NCBI GenBank assembly: GCA_002269645.1 | Contig: NIVC01000268.1 | Coordinates: 186,001-250,000 of the forward strand | Direction of reading: 5' to 3' | From: Macrostomum lignano | Lineage: Eukaryota | DNA: 64,000 nucleotides | Part shown: piece by piece, positions 34,256-46,800 of the stretch | How the letters are laid out: each line of letters begins with the position of its first letter | How positions within the stretch are numbered: the first letter of the stretch is position 1 | Made by a program: the position numbers and the translations under genes | Notes under the pieces: model-generated | Databases searched by the model: none | Told to the model about the DNA's origin: nothing | Seen by the model: the letters and a program-made list of their open reading frames with translations, nothing else

Positions 34256-35822
34256 TATATGCAATCTCTAATGTGGAATCTGGTATTTTGAATTAGAGAT
34301 TATGGATCTAGATTTAAAGAATTAGCATTCAAATCTGCAATATATTTCGAATTCAACTAAGGAGTCGTATTTGGGGATTTTAGCTGCCCGGGATCTCAAT
34401 CGTGCTGTTTCATGGAGTCAGAATTTGATTAGCCTAGCCCAGCTACCATCCACCCCTATGGTGCCAGCCAGAATTGAGAATTATGATGCAGACCCCGTTG
34501 CATGCTAAACGCGCATTGTGCTCTGTAAGTGTCAACTGGGCCGTGCATATTATATTATAAACATTGTGTGCATATATATAATTGATTAGCAAGCAGAGAA
34601 TATTTAAGGGAAGGAAAATGCTTGTCACGCCATCAAAACTCCATCAAACAGCAGCTGCATGTGTGTTGAGTTCAGCCTGTATATATGCAGTATATATGCT
34701 CATATATTTAATGCATTCAGTTAGTTTTCTAGTGTTATTACGCAATATAGGTTAGCTCTCTCTCCTCTATTTAAGCGTCTCAAGTTTCTCATTGGGAAGC
34801 TGGAGAAGAAGGTCAGTGAGGAAAGAAGAGAGAGGTGCAATGGGGAGCCTTCTTTATTGGAAACAAGACAGCTTCCATATTGGGCGAGTCTAGAGTAGGA
34901 AGGGGCAAGTTGGCACGCTTGCTTTTGGCTGTCTGGGAATACGTGGCAAAGGATTAGCGAAAGGTTTTTAAGCTTGAGAAGTTTGGAGATTGTGAACTGT
35001 CGAGCTTAGTGAAGCTTAGAGCTTAGTGAAGTTTCGAGATTAGTGAAGTTTCCAGCTTATTGAAGTTTCGAGGTTTTGGGTTTTGAGTGAAACCTACGAT
35101 AGCAACACTGCTCACTGAGCCATAAAATCGATTTTTGAACTTTTTTCCCGAAACATATGCATGACATATTCCTATCGAATTCCTATATCAATTTTCAGTT
35201 CCTTGAGGCCTGAGTCGGCATTGCAATTTCCAAGATAATCCGGTCGACGGTTTTCCTGGGCTACGGTTATTATTTATGACAATTCATATTTTTTTAGTTT
35301 GAAGCCGCCGTTGAATTTCTGTCATGAATGATTTATTGTACATACACATTGCGTGTAATCTTGTTCATTATTGCGATTGTGGCTGTTTGTCCCCAGCCCA
35401 GCCTTTATTATTTAGTCATTAGATTCTAGGGCTGTGTATATATCTCACAGAGTTTCATAATATCAGTATCTGATTATACATTAGCGTATATGGTGTTTGC
35501 CCGAGCAATGTATTAAATTGTACAATATTCAGGAATCGACGCTGTATTATTGTGTTTTGTATAATTCTACATATCGGTAGAACTACCAACTGCCTTACCA
35601 AAGTACGAGTACCCAGAACCTAGAGAAATCAATGCGATATGTGTTAGTACAAGTATGTGGAACAATTTCGATCAAGGACGACTTACAGTAGTAGAAGGAC
35701 GGGGAGAATTCGTTTCTTAGAAAGCACTTTTAGAGAATGTTTGTCGGCAAGTTTACGTCAATTGGAAGATGTTGTCTTTGTCGAATAATTTATTTTAAAA
35801 AATGACTAGGCGTAAGTTTGAC

Positions 35823-36122
35823 TGGCTAGGCAATAGAGTGTCGGACTCACGACTCGAAGGTCGGGGGTTCGATTCCCGATCCCACTCGGAACAATTTGTG
35901 TCCTTGAGCAAGACGCTTAACTCTGCATTGCTTCAGCTCACCCAGCTGTAAAATGGGTGCCAGCATTAGCTGGGGTAATTGAGGCTGTGTGTGGCGACCC
36001 CCCAGTCCTTGGACTGAACAGCCGTACGCAGCCTTCAGATGCGCCGCGCAGTAGCTGCGGCTGAGCTGTCGGTTGCACATCTGGCCCAATTGGGGCAGGT
36101 GTAATCAATTATTATTATTATT
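35823..36122 (+). mobile_element. SINE family B, CpG-intact copy
   Basis: tRNA-like head with B box GGTTCGATTCC, CORE-like domain, (ATT)n tail. Confidence 0.88.
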
Positions 36123-36869
36123 CCATTAGCAAATTGTCTGGCAAATGTTTACAGATCGTCGGTTTATAAAACCCATGCTCAGCATGTTGAATGATTTTGC
36201 AGTTTTACTGAAAGACAAAAGACGAACCGATACAAAATATTTTTTAAGAATCGATGCTTCTTTTATCCCACGAATTACTTAAGTCGTAGTTGATTTCACA
36301 TTTCGGGTTCTAGGTCAGAGATCCTTTGTCAAATAAGATAACTTGTATTTCTATGCCAGATTTTTCTCTCAACCATTTTTGACAGGCAATAATTATTATA
36401 ATAATAGCGTTACTCTGCTTTCCTTGTTGCTACTTATTATTATTTATTATTACGTAATCAATATTTTTGTAGGCAGCTCTGAGCTAGCTTAGTTTGCAAC
36501 TAAAATGTTTATAAGTTCAGTTATGTTCCTTTGCGTATAAAGTCGCTGGATCAGATTGTAGTGGGAAAACTCTTGGCTTTGGGTCTGTCTATAGGCGAAT
36601 TGTTAATGGTCTTGACACCGGCAGCTCACTCCCTTGGGGATGGGAGCTTTAATGTGTGCGCGGACTGGCCTCCTCTTACTTTCCCTTCTCTTCCTGCCTC
36701 TGCGTTATCGGAAACATCTCTCAACTCTCTGCTCTCCCCTCTCTGCTCAGAGCCAAGGACTCCTGACAATTCCCCACTGGACTAGAAGCTGCTGGCGTGG
36801 AAAAAATGCGAAAAATATTTTCACAGCTAAAAGTGAACATTGCGTTTTCTTAGATTTGTGTTTCTGGCT

Positions 36870-37800
36870 TGTGAAGTTTCGGGTTCGGAAGGTTTCGGGT
36901 TTGGGAAGTCTCGGGTTCAGAAGGTTTCGGGTTTGGGAAGTCTCGGGTTCAGAAGGTTTCGGGTTTGGGAAGTCTCGGGTTCAGAAGGTTTCGGGTTTGG
37001 GAAGTCTCGGATTTGGAAGGTTTCGGGTTTGGGAAGTCTCGGGTTCAGAAGTTTTCGGGTTTGGGAAGTCTCGGGTTCAGAAGGTTTCGGGTTTGGGAAG
37101 TCTCGGATTTGGAAGGTTTCGGGTTTGGGAAGTCTCGGATTTGGAAGGTTTCGGGTTTGGGAAGTCTCGGATTTGGAAGGTTTCGGGTTTGGGAAGTCTC
37201 GGATTTGGAAGGTTTCGGGTTTGGGAAGTCTCGGATTTGGAAGGTTTCGGGTTTGGGAAGTCTCGGGTTCGGAAATTTTCGGGTTTGTGAAGTCTCGGGT
37301 TTGTGAAGTCTCGGGTTTGAAAAGTCTCGGGTTTGGGAAGTCTCGGGTTTATGAAGTCTCGGGTTTGAGAAGTCTCGGGTTTGTGAAGTCTCGGGTTTGA
37401 GAAGTCTCGGGTTTGGGAAGTCTCGGGTTTGTGAAGTCTCGGGTTTGAGAAGTCTCGGGTTTGGGAAGTCTCGGGTTTATGAAGTCTCGGGTTTGAGAAG
37501 TCTCGGGTTTGTGAAGTCTCGGGTTTGTGAAGTCAGGTTTTGGAAGTCTCGGGTTTGTGAAGTCTCGGGTTTGTGAAGTTTCGGGTTTGAGAAGTCTCGG
37601 GTTTGGGAAGTCTCGGGTTTATGAAGTCTCGGGTTTGAGAAGTCTCGGGTTTGTGAAGTCTCGGGTTTGTGAAGTCAGGTTTTGGAAGTCTCGGGTTTGT
37701 GAAGTCTCGGGTTTGTGAAGTTTCGGGTTTTTGAAGTTTCGGGTTTGAGAAGTCTCGGGTTTGTGAAGTCTCGGGTTTGTGAAGTTTCCGAGTTGTGAGG
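36870..37800. repeat. 16-bp minisatellite GGGTTTGGGAAGTCTC and variants
   Basis: About 58 units with a gradual variant shift along the array. Confidence 0.95.
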
Positions 37801-38327
37801 AATTTTCAGGCTTGTAAAGTTTCGGACTTGTGAATTTTCGGGTTTAAGAAATTTCGGATATTTTAATTTGGTTAAGGTTTTCAATTCCAACATGCGTCCT
37901 GTGTTTTCCAGTCCAACGCAGAACTTGCTGGGCGTCCATGGCTCACAATCCTAGGATGGCATAAAAAGCCACTTTTTCTCTCATTGGCAGCTGGGCCGGC
38001 CCAGCTTATTATTATTTATTGCTGTTTCGGCTCTCCCCTGTCTCTGTCTGTGTCTGACCGACGCAGATGGAGCAGCCTAATAAGCTATGTGAGACTATTT
38101 TACATGGTTAGTGCTGGTTCTGCTCTCTTGCTAAGTCCTGTTCCCGCATCATTCCGCATCCCATTCTGCTGGCTTATTGACGCTGTACCACACAAAGTCA
38201 TTCATTCATTGCTCACTCGGGTGTCATAAAAATAATCCCTGTTCGCGTTTGTTCCTCACAATGTATACCGCCATATGAGACTGAGTTAGCGTGAACTGTA
38301 CGAATTAAATTGGCTCTTGTGAATGTA

Positions 38328-38953
38328 CGAGGGTTGTCCCAGAAATAGCGGGAAAAACCAGTATAGAGGCTGACTGTGATATTCGAATTTGATGCAACTT
38401 GCGTCATAATTAGAAAAAAATCTAACAGTTGTTTTGCTTTTTAAACGGGATAAAAATGTCAATTCATTCAAAAGTTGTGCCTATAAATAGAACAGTGGGT
38501 AGAGGGTAGAGCCTACCAAGTCGAGCCTACTATGCTGGCCATAGACTAAACTTTTGATGTTTAGTCAGAACCATCGATTCAAAAACAAAAGCAAACGAAG
38601 AAGCTGAAGAGAAACAAAAGAGCACATAAGCTCTCGAAAAAAGCAGAAGCTAATCTGAAGCAGAAGCAGAACAGCTGCAGGCTGAGGGGTGACTTTGTTG
38701 AAAAGTCATAAGTCAAGGGCGATGGCGATGCTGCGTGACCAACTTTGCAGACCCCTCGACTTGGTGTAACTCTATCCCTACCCCTTGTTTTAATTATAGG
38801 CACAACTTTTGAATGAATTGACATTTTTACCCCATTTAAAAATCAAAACAACCGTTGGATTTTTTTCTACTTATGACGCAAGTTGCATCAGATTCGAGTG
38901 TCACAGTCAGCCTCTGTACAAGTTTTTTTCCGCTATTTCTGGGACAACCCTCG
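38328..38953. mobile_element. Tc1/mariner-type MITE, second copy (TA TSD)
   Basis: TA|CGAGGGTTGTCCCAG ... CTGGGACAACCCTCG|TA; internal part is the reverse complement of the 10464 copy. Confidence 0.92.
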
Positions 38954-39049
38954 TATCTAATAAAAATGGGATGCCAGACATAGATACAGAGGCAGAGAGT
39001 TGAGAGGGAGATGTAGAAGCAGAGAGTAAAAGTGGGAGATTAAGCGATC

Positions 39050-40025
39050 CACAGTCAGAAGTAAAGAGAAACGAAGAGATGTAGAAGAAGAGAGGGAGAG
39101 ATGTAGAAGAAGAGTGGGAGAGATGTAGAAAAAGAGTGGGAGAGATGTAGAAGAAGAAAGGGAGAGTGTTGAAGAAGAGAGGGAGAGGTGTAGAAGAAGA
39201 GTGGGAGAGGTGTAGAAGAGTGGGAGAGATGTAGAAGAAGAGCGGGAGAGGTGTAGAAGAAGAGTGGGAGAGGTGTAGAAGAGTGGGAGAGATGTAGAAG
39301 AGTGGGAGAGGTGTAGAAGAGTGGGAGAGGTGTAGAAGAGTGGGAGAGGTGTAGAAGAGTGGGAGAGGTGTAGAAGAAGAGTGGGAGAGGTGTAGAAGAA
39401 GAGAGGGAGAGGTGTAGAAGAAGAGAGGGAGAGGTGTAGAAGAAGAGTGGGAGAGGTGTAGAAGAAGAGACGGAGAGGTGTAGAAGAAGAGTGGGAGAGG
39501 TGTAGAAGAAGATTGGGAGATGTGTAGAAGAAGAGACGGAGAGGTGTAGAAGAAGAGTGGGAGAGGTGTAGAAGAGTGGGAGAGATGTAGAAGAAGAGTG
39601 GGAGAGGTGTAGAAGAGTGGGAGAGATGTAGAAGAGTGGGAGAGGTGTAGAAGAGTGGGAGAGGTGTAGAAGAGTGGGAGAGGTGTAGAAGAGTGGGAGA
39701 GGTGTAGAAGAGTGGGAGAGGTGTAGAAGAGTGGGAGAGGTGTAGAAGAAGGGTGGGAGAGGTGTAGAAGAAGAGTGGGAGAGGTGTAGAAGAGTGGGAG
39801 AGGTGTAGAAGAGTGGGAGAGGTGTAGAAGAAGAGAGGGAGAGGTGTAGAAGAAGAGTGGGAGAGGTGTAGAAGAAGAGTGGGAGAGGTGTAGAAGAAGA
39901 GAGGGAGAGGTGTAGAAGAAGAAAGGGAGAGGTGTAGAAGAAGAAAGGGAGAGTGTTGAAGAAAAGACGGAAAGAAGAGAGGGAGAAGCAAAAGCAGAGA
40001 GGGAGAAGCAAAAGCAGAGAGGGAG
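39050..40025. repeat. 19/22-bp purine-rich minisatellite GAGAGGTGTAGAAG(AAG)AGTGG
   Basis: Read directly; explains the long LLHLSHSSTPL ORFs. Confidence 0.95.
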
Positions 40026-40082
40026 GGGCAATCAAGGAACGGTCTGGCACACGCAGAGGGTTGACTAGAAGGATAACATGTT

Positions 40083-40320
40083 TTTTTTGCAAATAACAAT
40101 ATTGAGAAGCATAAAAATCTGCCTTGTAATCTTGTATACGCATCTGTGACAGTCATGATTTCTATCGATTGATGCTTGCATCTATTTTTTGGCTTTGATT
40201 TTGTTTGCAAATAACAATATTGAGAAGCATAAAAATCTGCCTTGTAATCTTGTATACGCATCTGTGACAGTCATGATTTCTATCGATTGATGCTTGCATC
40301 TATTTTTTGGCTTTGATTTT
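40083..40320. repeat. tandem duplication of a 118-bp unique segment
   Basis: GCAAATAACAATATTG at 40089 and 40207; copies essentially identical. Confidence 0.9.
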
Positions 40321-40822
40321 GTCTCAGCTGTCTCTTATATAGTTGCAAGGCAAACACGAAAAATGATTTTCCGCTTGGAATAAGCCTCGAATATGCGGCT
40401 GTTACATTCAGAATTTACAGTAAGACTCAGCGGCCTGGCTGGGTTCTTTTGATCAGGAGAATTGAAGCGGGAACGGGAATGCAGATCAAAGCTTAGAAAT
40501 TGGAAAGCTTAGCCCTGTAGATTATGTCTAGTTGGCTTGGGTTTCTTTTTATCTTTCTATAATACATGCAGTCTAGTACGTGCCAGACTGCTTTGTGTTG
40601 GTCATTTTACCTGGCACTGCTTTTAGCTTTAATTAGCTCGGGAGGAGGTGGGCGCCCTTTTTCCCCTTGGCGAAGAGTTACCTTGCTTTGGGCATTGACG
40701 TCCTGAGCACGTACGAGTAGGCCCTGACTTTCTCATGGCCGATATGTTGTGTAATCAATTTCTTTGCTCTGTAATCAAATCGATTTATCCTTTGGTTTTC
40801 AGCTCAACAACCCAATTTTGTG

Positions 40823-43800
40823 ATGTTAATAGTCGCCAAAATTCGTTGCTACGCCCTGATAATTATTTGCATCGTTGTCAATTCCGCCCTGTGTCTCCAT
40901 GGCAACGCGTCGTCAACGCCTCGCTATCGGGCACGGGTTGGCAGAATTTTTATTGCCAGATTAGCGTCAGCCAAATCTGGCGAATTGTCGGCCCAGCAGC
41001 TTCCATCTTGGCTGCATCGCAATGCGGACTCTGGTTTAATTGAAGGAGTTCCGCTTGATAGGAACAGTGGCGATAAAGATGTGCACCTGGGCGGAGGCGT
41101 CTCTGTTGAAGTCCTGCCCAGATCGTCTGGTTCGGCGTTTGGCAGCAACGCCAGCTGCTCAAGGCGTCCGCCTACAGTGGCCGCCGTGCTCGTTGATGTT
41201 GACCCGGAGACTGTGGGACCTCAGCGGCTTGCCTCTTTGCTGCGAAATCTGTCAGCGAAATTGCAGGTGCGTCTAGTTGGTTAGTTTTTGGCTTTGAGTT
41301 CTAATTGATGTAGCTTGTGGAAGCTGTGTTGGCTTTTTGAGTTCTAATTAATGTGGCTTATGGAAGCTGTGTTGGCTTTTTGAGCTCTAATTGATGTAGC
41401 TTCCATAAAACTGTATATAGATGTGAGCTCCAGCAGATAGATGTGAGCTCCAATAGATAGATGTGAGCTGCAGCAGATAGACGTGAGCTCCAGCAGATAG
41501 ATGTGAGCTGCAGCAGATAGACGTGAGCTTCAGCAGATAGATGTGAGCTCCAGCAGATAGATGTGAGCTCCAGCAGATAGATGTGAGCTCCAGCAGATAG
41601 CTGTGAGCTACAGCAGATAGATGTGAGCTCCAGCAGATAGATGTGAGCTCCAGCAGATAGCTGTGAGCTACAGCAGATAGATGTGAGCTACAGCAGATAG
41701 ATGTGAGCTCCAGCAGATAGATGTGAGATACAGCAGATAGATGTGAGCTCCAGCAGATAGCTGTGAGCTACAGCAGATAGATGTGAGCTACAGCAGATAG
41801 ATGTGAACTCCAGCAGATAGGTATAAGTTCTTGTAGGTCGATACTAGCAGATAAATGTAGCGTATAGAATCCAAAAACCAAGAGTGAAAGCACGAATCAA
41901 AAGCCAAAATCGAGTAATCCGTCTAATTTCTATGCCACCGCCTTATTTCTTGTGTACTACTCAATCCCAAACTAGAAAGCTTACAACTGGGAGAATAAAT
42001 TAGCATAAATTGTCTGCCCGGGATTGCTTGGGAATAGAAATTGACGCTAATTAAAATGGGCAATCCGATTTCGTCCTCGAATCCCCCCAGAGACAAGTCT
42101 GGATGGAGCCTATTTGGTTTCTCGCCCCCTACTTTTTAAATTGGCTACTGCAATTTTTTCTCCCTACGCGTCGAAAAAGAAAGCGCGAAGTTTGACGAAA
42201 AATTCAAAAAGTGATTGAGATTGATTTGATTTTTTGGTTACTAAACTTCAAAACCTTGATTTAAACTGGTAAGTTATTTCTCAGTTTTTTTTGTTTTCGA
42301 TAATGATGGATTTGGATTTCTATTTCTATCGCTGATTTTTCTTCTACTTTTCAGACTGCCAATTGATTTCAAATGCTTTACTTTTTGCTGAATAATCGCC
42401 CCTTGTATTTATCCTCTCCTACTTCCCCAAAATCGCCTCCTACATCCCTACTTCCCCAAAATCGCCTACATCCCCTACTTCCCCAAAATCGCCTCCTACA
42501 TCCCTACTTCCCCAAAATCGCCTCCTACATCCCTACTTCCCCAAAATCGCCTCCTACATCCCCTACTTCCCCAAAATCGCCTCCTACACCCCTAATTCCC
42601 CAAAATCGCCTCCTACACATCTACTTCCCCAAAATCGCCTCCTACATCCCTACTTCCCCAAAATCGCCTCCTACACCCCTACTTCCCCAAAATCGCCTCC
42701 TACATCCCTACTTCCCCAAAATCGCCTCCTACATCCCCTACTTCCCCAAAATCGCCTCCTACATCCCTACTTCCCCAAAATCGCCTCCTACATCCCTACT
42801 TCCCCAAAATCGCCTCCTACATCCCTACTTCCCCAAAATCGCCTCCTACATCCCTACTTCCCCAAAATCGCCTCCTACATCCCTACTTCCCCAGAATCGC
42901 CTCCTACATCCCTACTTCCCCAAAATCGCCTCCTACATCCCTACTTCCCCAAAATCGCCTCCTACATCCCTACTTCCCCAAAATCGCCTCCTACATCCCT
43001 ACTTCCCCAAAATCGCCTCCTACATCCCTACTTCCCCAGAATCGCCTCCTACATCCCTACTTCCCCAAAATCGCCTCCTACATCCCTACTTCCCCAAAAT
43101 CGCCTCCTACATCTCTACTTCCCTTGAAAAATGGCCTCCTACATCTTCTCTCCCCATTGATTTCAGGTGAAAATCTCCACCCTGGAGGTGTCTCCAGACG
43201 TTCCCAACTCGCAGAGGCGGCAGCAGCAGCCGCGCCAGTACCTCCTGGCATCCGGACCCGGCAACGCCAACATTCGTCGAAGCGTTCAAGCCGGCCGAGT
43301 CAGCTGGCAAGTCGGCTGCGGCTCCATCGATGCCAGACATTTGAAAGCGTTGGAACGGTTAGAGAGATTAGCAATCACTGGGGAACTGACGCCCGAGCCT
43401 GTGCTGCTCTGGTATGTGGCCGATCTTATTGTCGATGTTGACGCTTCGACGTCTGCTGTCGATGGAGGCGTCGGCGGCGGCTACACCGGCAGAGGGTCAC
43501 CTCGGTTGCGCCGCAATGCAAATCTGTACTCTGGCAGATCGTTCCTGTCTGACTCCGCCGCGGTGCCCTCTTCCGTGTCCGAGTCGTCTGGTTTCGCTTC
43601 TCCCCCTATGCCGACTAGGCCGCCGCCACAGCCGCCGGTTCCTACGCGTAGAATCGAACTCCCGACCGTCCGATCGACTACTACTACGACTCCGACAACT
43701 CCAGCGCCGACAACCACAACTGAGCGGGGAATTCAACAGCTGGTTCAATTAAGCGCGCAGCCGTATAGTTTCCCAGTTGGTGTCCTGACTAGAATTGTTC

Positions 43801-46800
43801 TCATGCCGAACGCTAGGCAGGACTCTTTGTTGGCGGAGTTGACAACTTCGGTTACCGGTTGCGGTCACGCCAATGCGTTGGGCGTGTTTGGTCGGTATAT
43901 TCCAGAGGAGATGGTTCTTGAGGGCCATCCGAGTGAGTTGGGGCTTTATTGTTGTTGATCTAGGTAATACGGATCACGCTACTGCAGACTAGCTTCTATA
44001 GATCTTGCTACTATAGATCTAGCTACTGCGGGTCTAGCTACTGTAGATCTAGCTACTGCGGGTCTAGCTACTATAGATCTAGCTACTGCGGGTCTAGCTA
44101 CTGTAGATCTAGCTACTGCGGGTCTAGCTACTATAGATCTAGCTACTGCGGGTCTAGCTACTGTAGATCTAGCTACTGCGGGTCTAGCTACTATAGATCT
44201 AGCTACTGCAGATCTAGCTACTGTAGATCTAGCTACTGCAGATCTAGCTACTATAGATCTAGCTACTGCGGGTCTAACTACTATAGATCTAGCTACTGCA
44301 GATCTAGCTACTGCGGGTCTAGCTACTATAGATCTAGCTACTGCAGATCTAGCTACTGTAGATCTAGCTACTGCAGATCTAGCTACTATAGATCTAGCTG
44401 CTATAGATCTAGCTATTGTGGATCTAGCTACTATAGATCTAGCTACTGCAGATCTAGCTACTATAAATCTAGCTACTGTAGATCTACCTACTGTAGATCT
44501 ACCTACTATAGATCTAGCTACTGCAGATCTAGCTACTGTAAATCTAGCTACTATAGATCTAGCAGTGTATACAAGCACTGGCTATATACCATTGCAATCT
44601 AACTGCCATATGAGCAAAACAACAAGTCTGTCACACCTCCCGCACCCAACCCAGCCGCCAAAGACATCGGTTCCCAGCACAAGTGCAGCCTGCACGTGAG
44701 GGACAGCGGAGGCAAGCAGGCCTACATTGGTTTTACCATCCGGGTGCCGGAGCCTAAACCGCCCCAGCGGCTACTCTCCATCGAGGCCGACAAGAAGCTG
44801 TTCCGCCTCATTCTAGGCCTTCGCTACAATCGGCTAATCGATCCGGCAGATTATTTCGCTCACGCGTTGGCCCACGATATCAGAATCTGCGTCAGTCCGA
44901 TTAGAAATCGTTGCGTTGGTTTTTCGCCGCAGTCGCCGTTGCAATTCAACGCGACAACTAGTCGAGTGTACGGTCTGGCCTGGCGAAAACAGCAGCTGAC
45001 AGCTCTGCCTACCCCCGTCTATCTGTTGGCTACTAGCAAGTATAATAAAACTGCCGTACTAACCGTTGGCTATAAGGTGACCGAATCTAGGACAGAAGAT
45101 TATGCTCACCAGAATAAGGTTAGTCAACTGCGGCTACTGGTAGCAATTTTGGTGTTTTATAGCCCGTTTTAAATTATTATTATCGTAGTTGGTATTGACG
45201 TCTCTCTTTAAGTCCCATTTATTGCCTTTCAAATCCCATTTAGGCGCCCCTTTAAATCTCATTTAGGCGCCCCTCAAATTCCTTTTTTGCGCCTCCTCAA
45301 ATTCCTTTTTTGCGCCTCCTCAAATTCCTTTTTGGCGCCTCCTCAAATTCCTTTTTGGCGCCTCCTCAAATTCCTTTTTGGCGCCTCCTCAAATTCCTTT
45401 TTGGCGCCTCCTCAAATTCCTTTTTGGCGCCTCCTCAAATTCCTTTTTGGCGCCTCCTCAAATTCCTTTTTGGCGCCTCCTCAAATTCCTTTTTGGCGCC
45501 TCCTCAAATTCCTTTTTTGCGCCTCCTCAAATCCCATTTAGGCGCCCCTTTAAATCTCATTTAGGCGCCCCTCAAATCCCAGTTTGACATCCCAGATCAA
45601 ATTTAGGTACTAATAAAAATCCGTGTTATAGAATCGCATTAAAGCGACCAAATGCATTAATGACAAACTACATAATCCAGCACTCTAACAAATCGCAGGT
45701 CAACCATGAGTACAGACTGCACGTCGAATCTCAACTAGATTATCTTCGCAAACTGGAAACCGAAACAGCGCCTCTCTACAGTATTATTGAAAAAATTGGC
45801 AAATTTTTGTCCACTAAAACAAAAAATGTTGTCGGTATTACTATCAGTAGTAGTAAACTGCTGCCAGAAACCGGCATTCATTTGAAATGGCTGAACCGCA
45901 CCGATAGCCGATCGCGCAGTATGGTACTAGTATTTGGCTGCATTATCAACTACGGCATCAACTATTGTCCTCGATTGTCAATCATTGAAGAGGCCAAGAA
46001 AATGTTTCGCTATTGCAAAGACAGCAAAGCCGACGGCCAGCCTTGGCCAGACTTTGCAGCCGCTCTGGCGCCCCATCTGACACCGATACAGCTGATTGAC
46101 ATGCCGTTGGGCACTTGTACGTCTAGCAAGTACGAATTCCCGATGCGCTACTATCTGGCATCGCCCGCGGCGTGTCCCGATACAGGACAGAACAGGGTCA
46201 CCACGCCTGACCCTATGCTGCCGCCTCAGCCGATTTGGCCGCCAACCTTTGCTCCTAGTAGCAGCCGATCTGGACTGCGGGTGAACTACGTCACTACTAA
46301 AGAGCACGGAGTGTATTGTTTGTTGCCATTTTCAACTAGCGCTGGTAGCGGCTTTAGTCGGCCAATTAAACGATTAGGCTGCGTTAACGATTCCTATGGC
46401 AACAATCTGCGAGTGCTGCCGTTGCAATTGTGCACCCACGCTAGCGATGACGGAGAAGTGTGTAGCAATGCTAATAAATTTATCGCTTGGAATGCCACTA
46501 TTCGCGGCTTTGAGGTTTGTACTTTTACCTACTTGGATTCTAGGCTTCTTTAGAATGTACTTTTGGATCATTGTATTTACATATTTAATGATCAGGGTTG
46601 TAGCCTAGTGGTTGGAGCGTCGGACTCACGACTTGAACTCACTCGGAACAATTTGTGTCCTTAAGCAAGAGACACTTAACTCTGCATTGCTTCAGTTCAC
46701 CCAGCTGTAAAATGGTTGCCAGCATTAGCTGGGGTAATTGAGGCTGTGTGTGGCGACCCCCCCCCCCAGTCCTTGGACTGAACAGCCGTATAACGCAGCC

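Noticed and set aside
38907-40261. Long ORFs of 362-434 aa, and similar ORFs over 3694-4323, 25954-26570, 28365-28847, 36634-37400, 42373-43170, 43979-44578 and 48054-48680
   Set aside because: They are translations of stop-free tandem repeats lying in introns or intergenic DNA.
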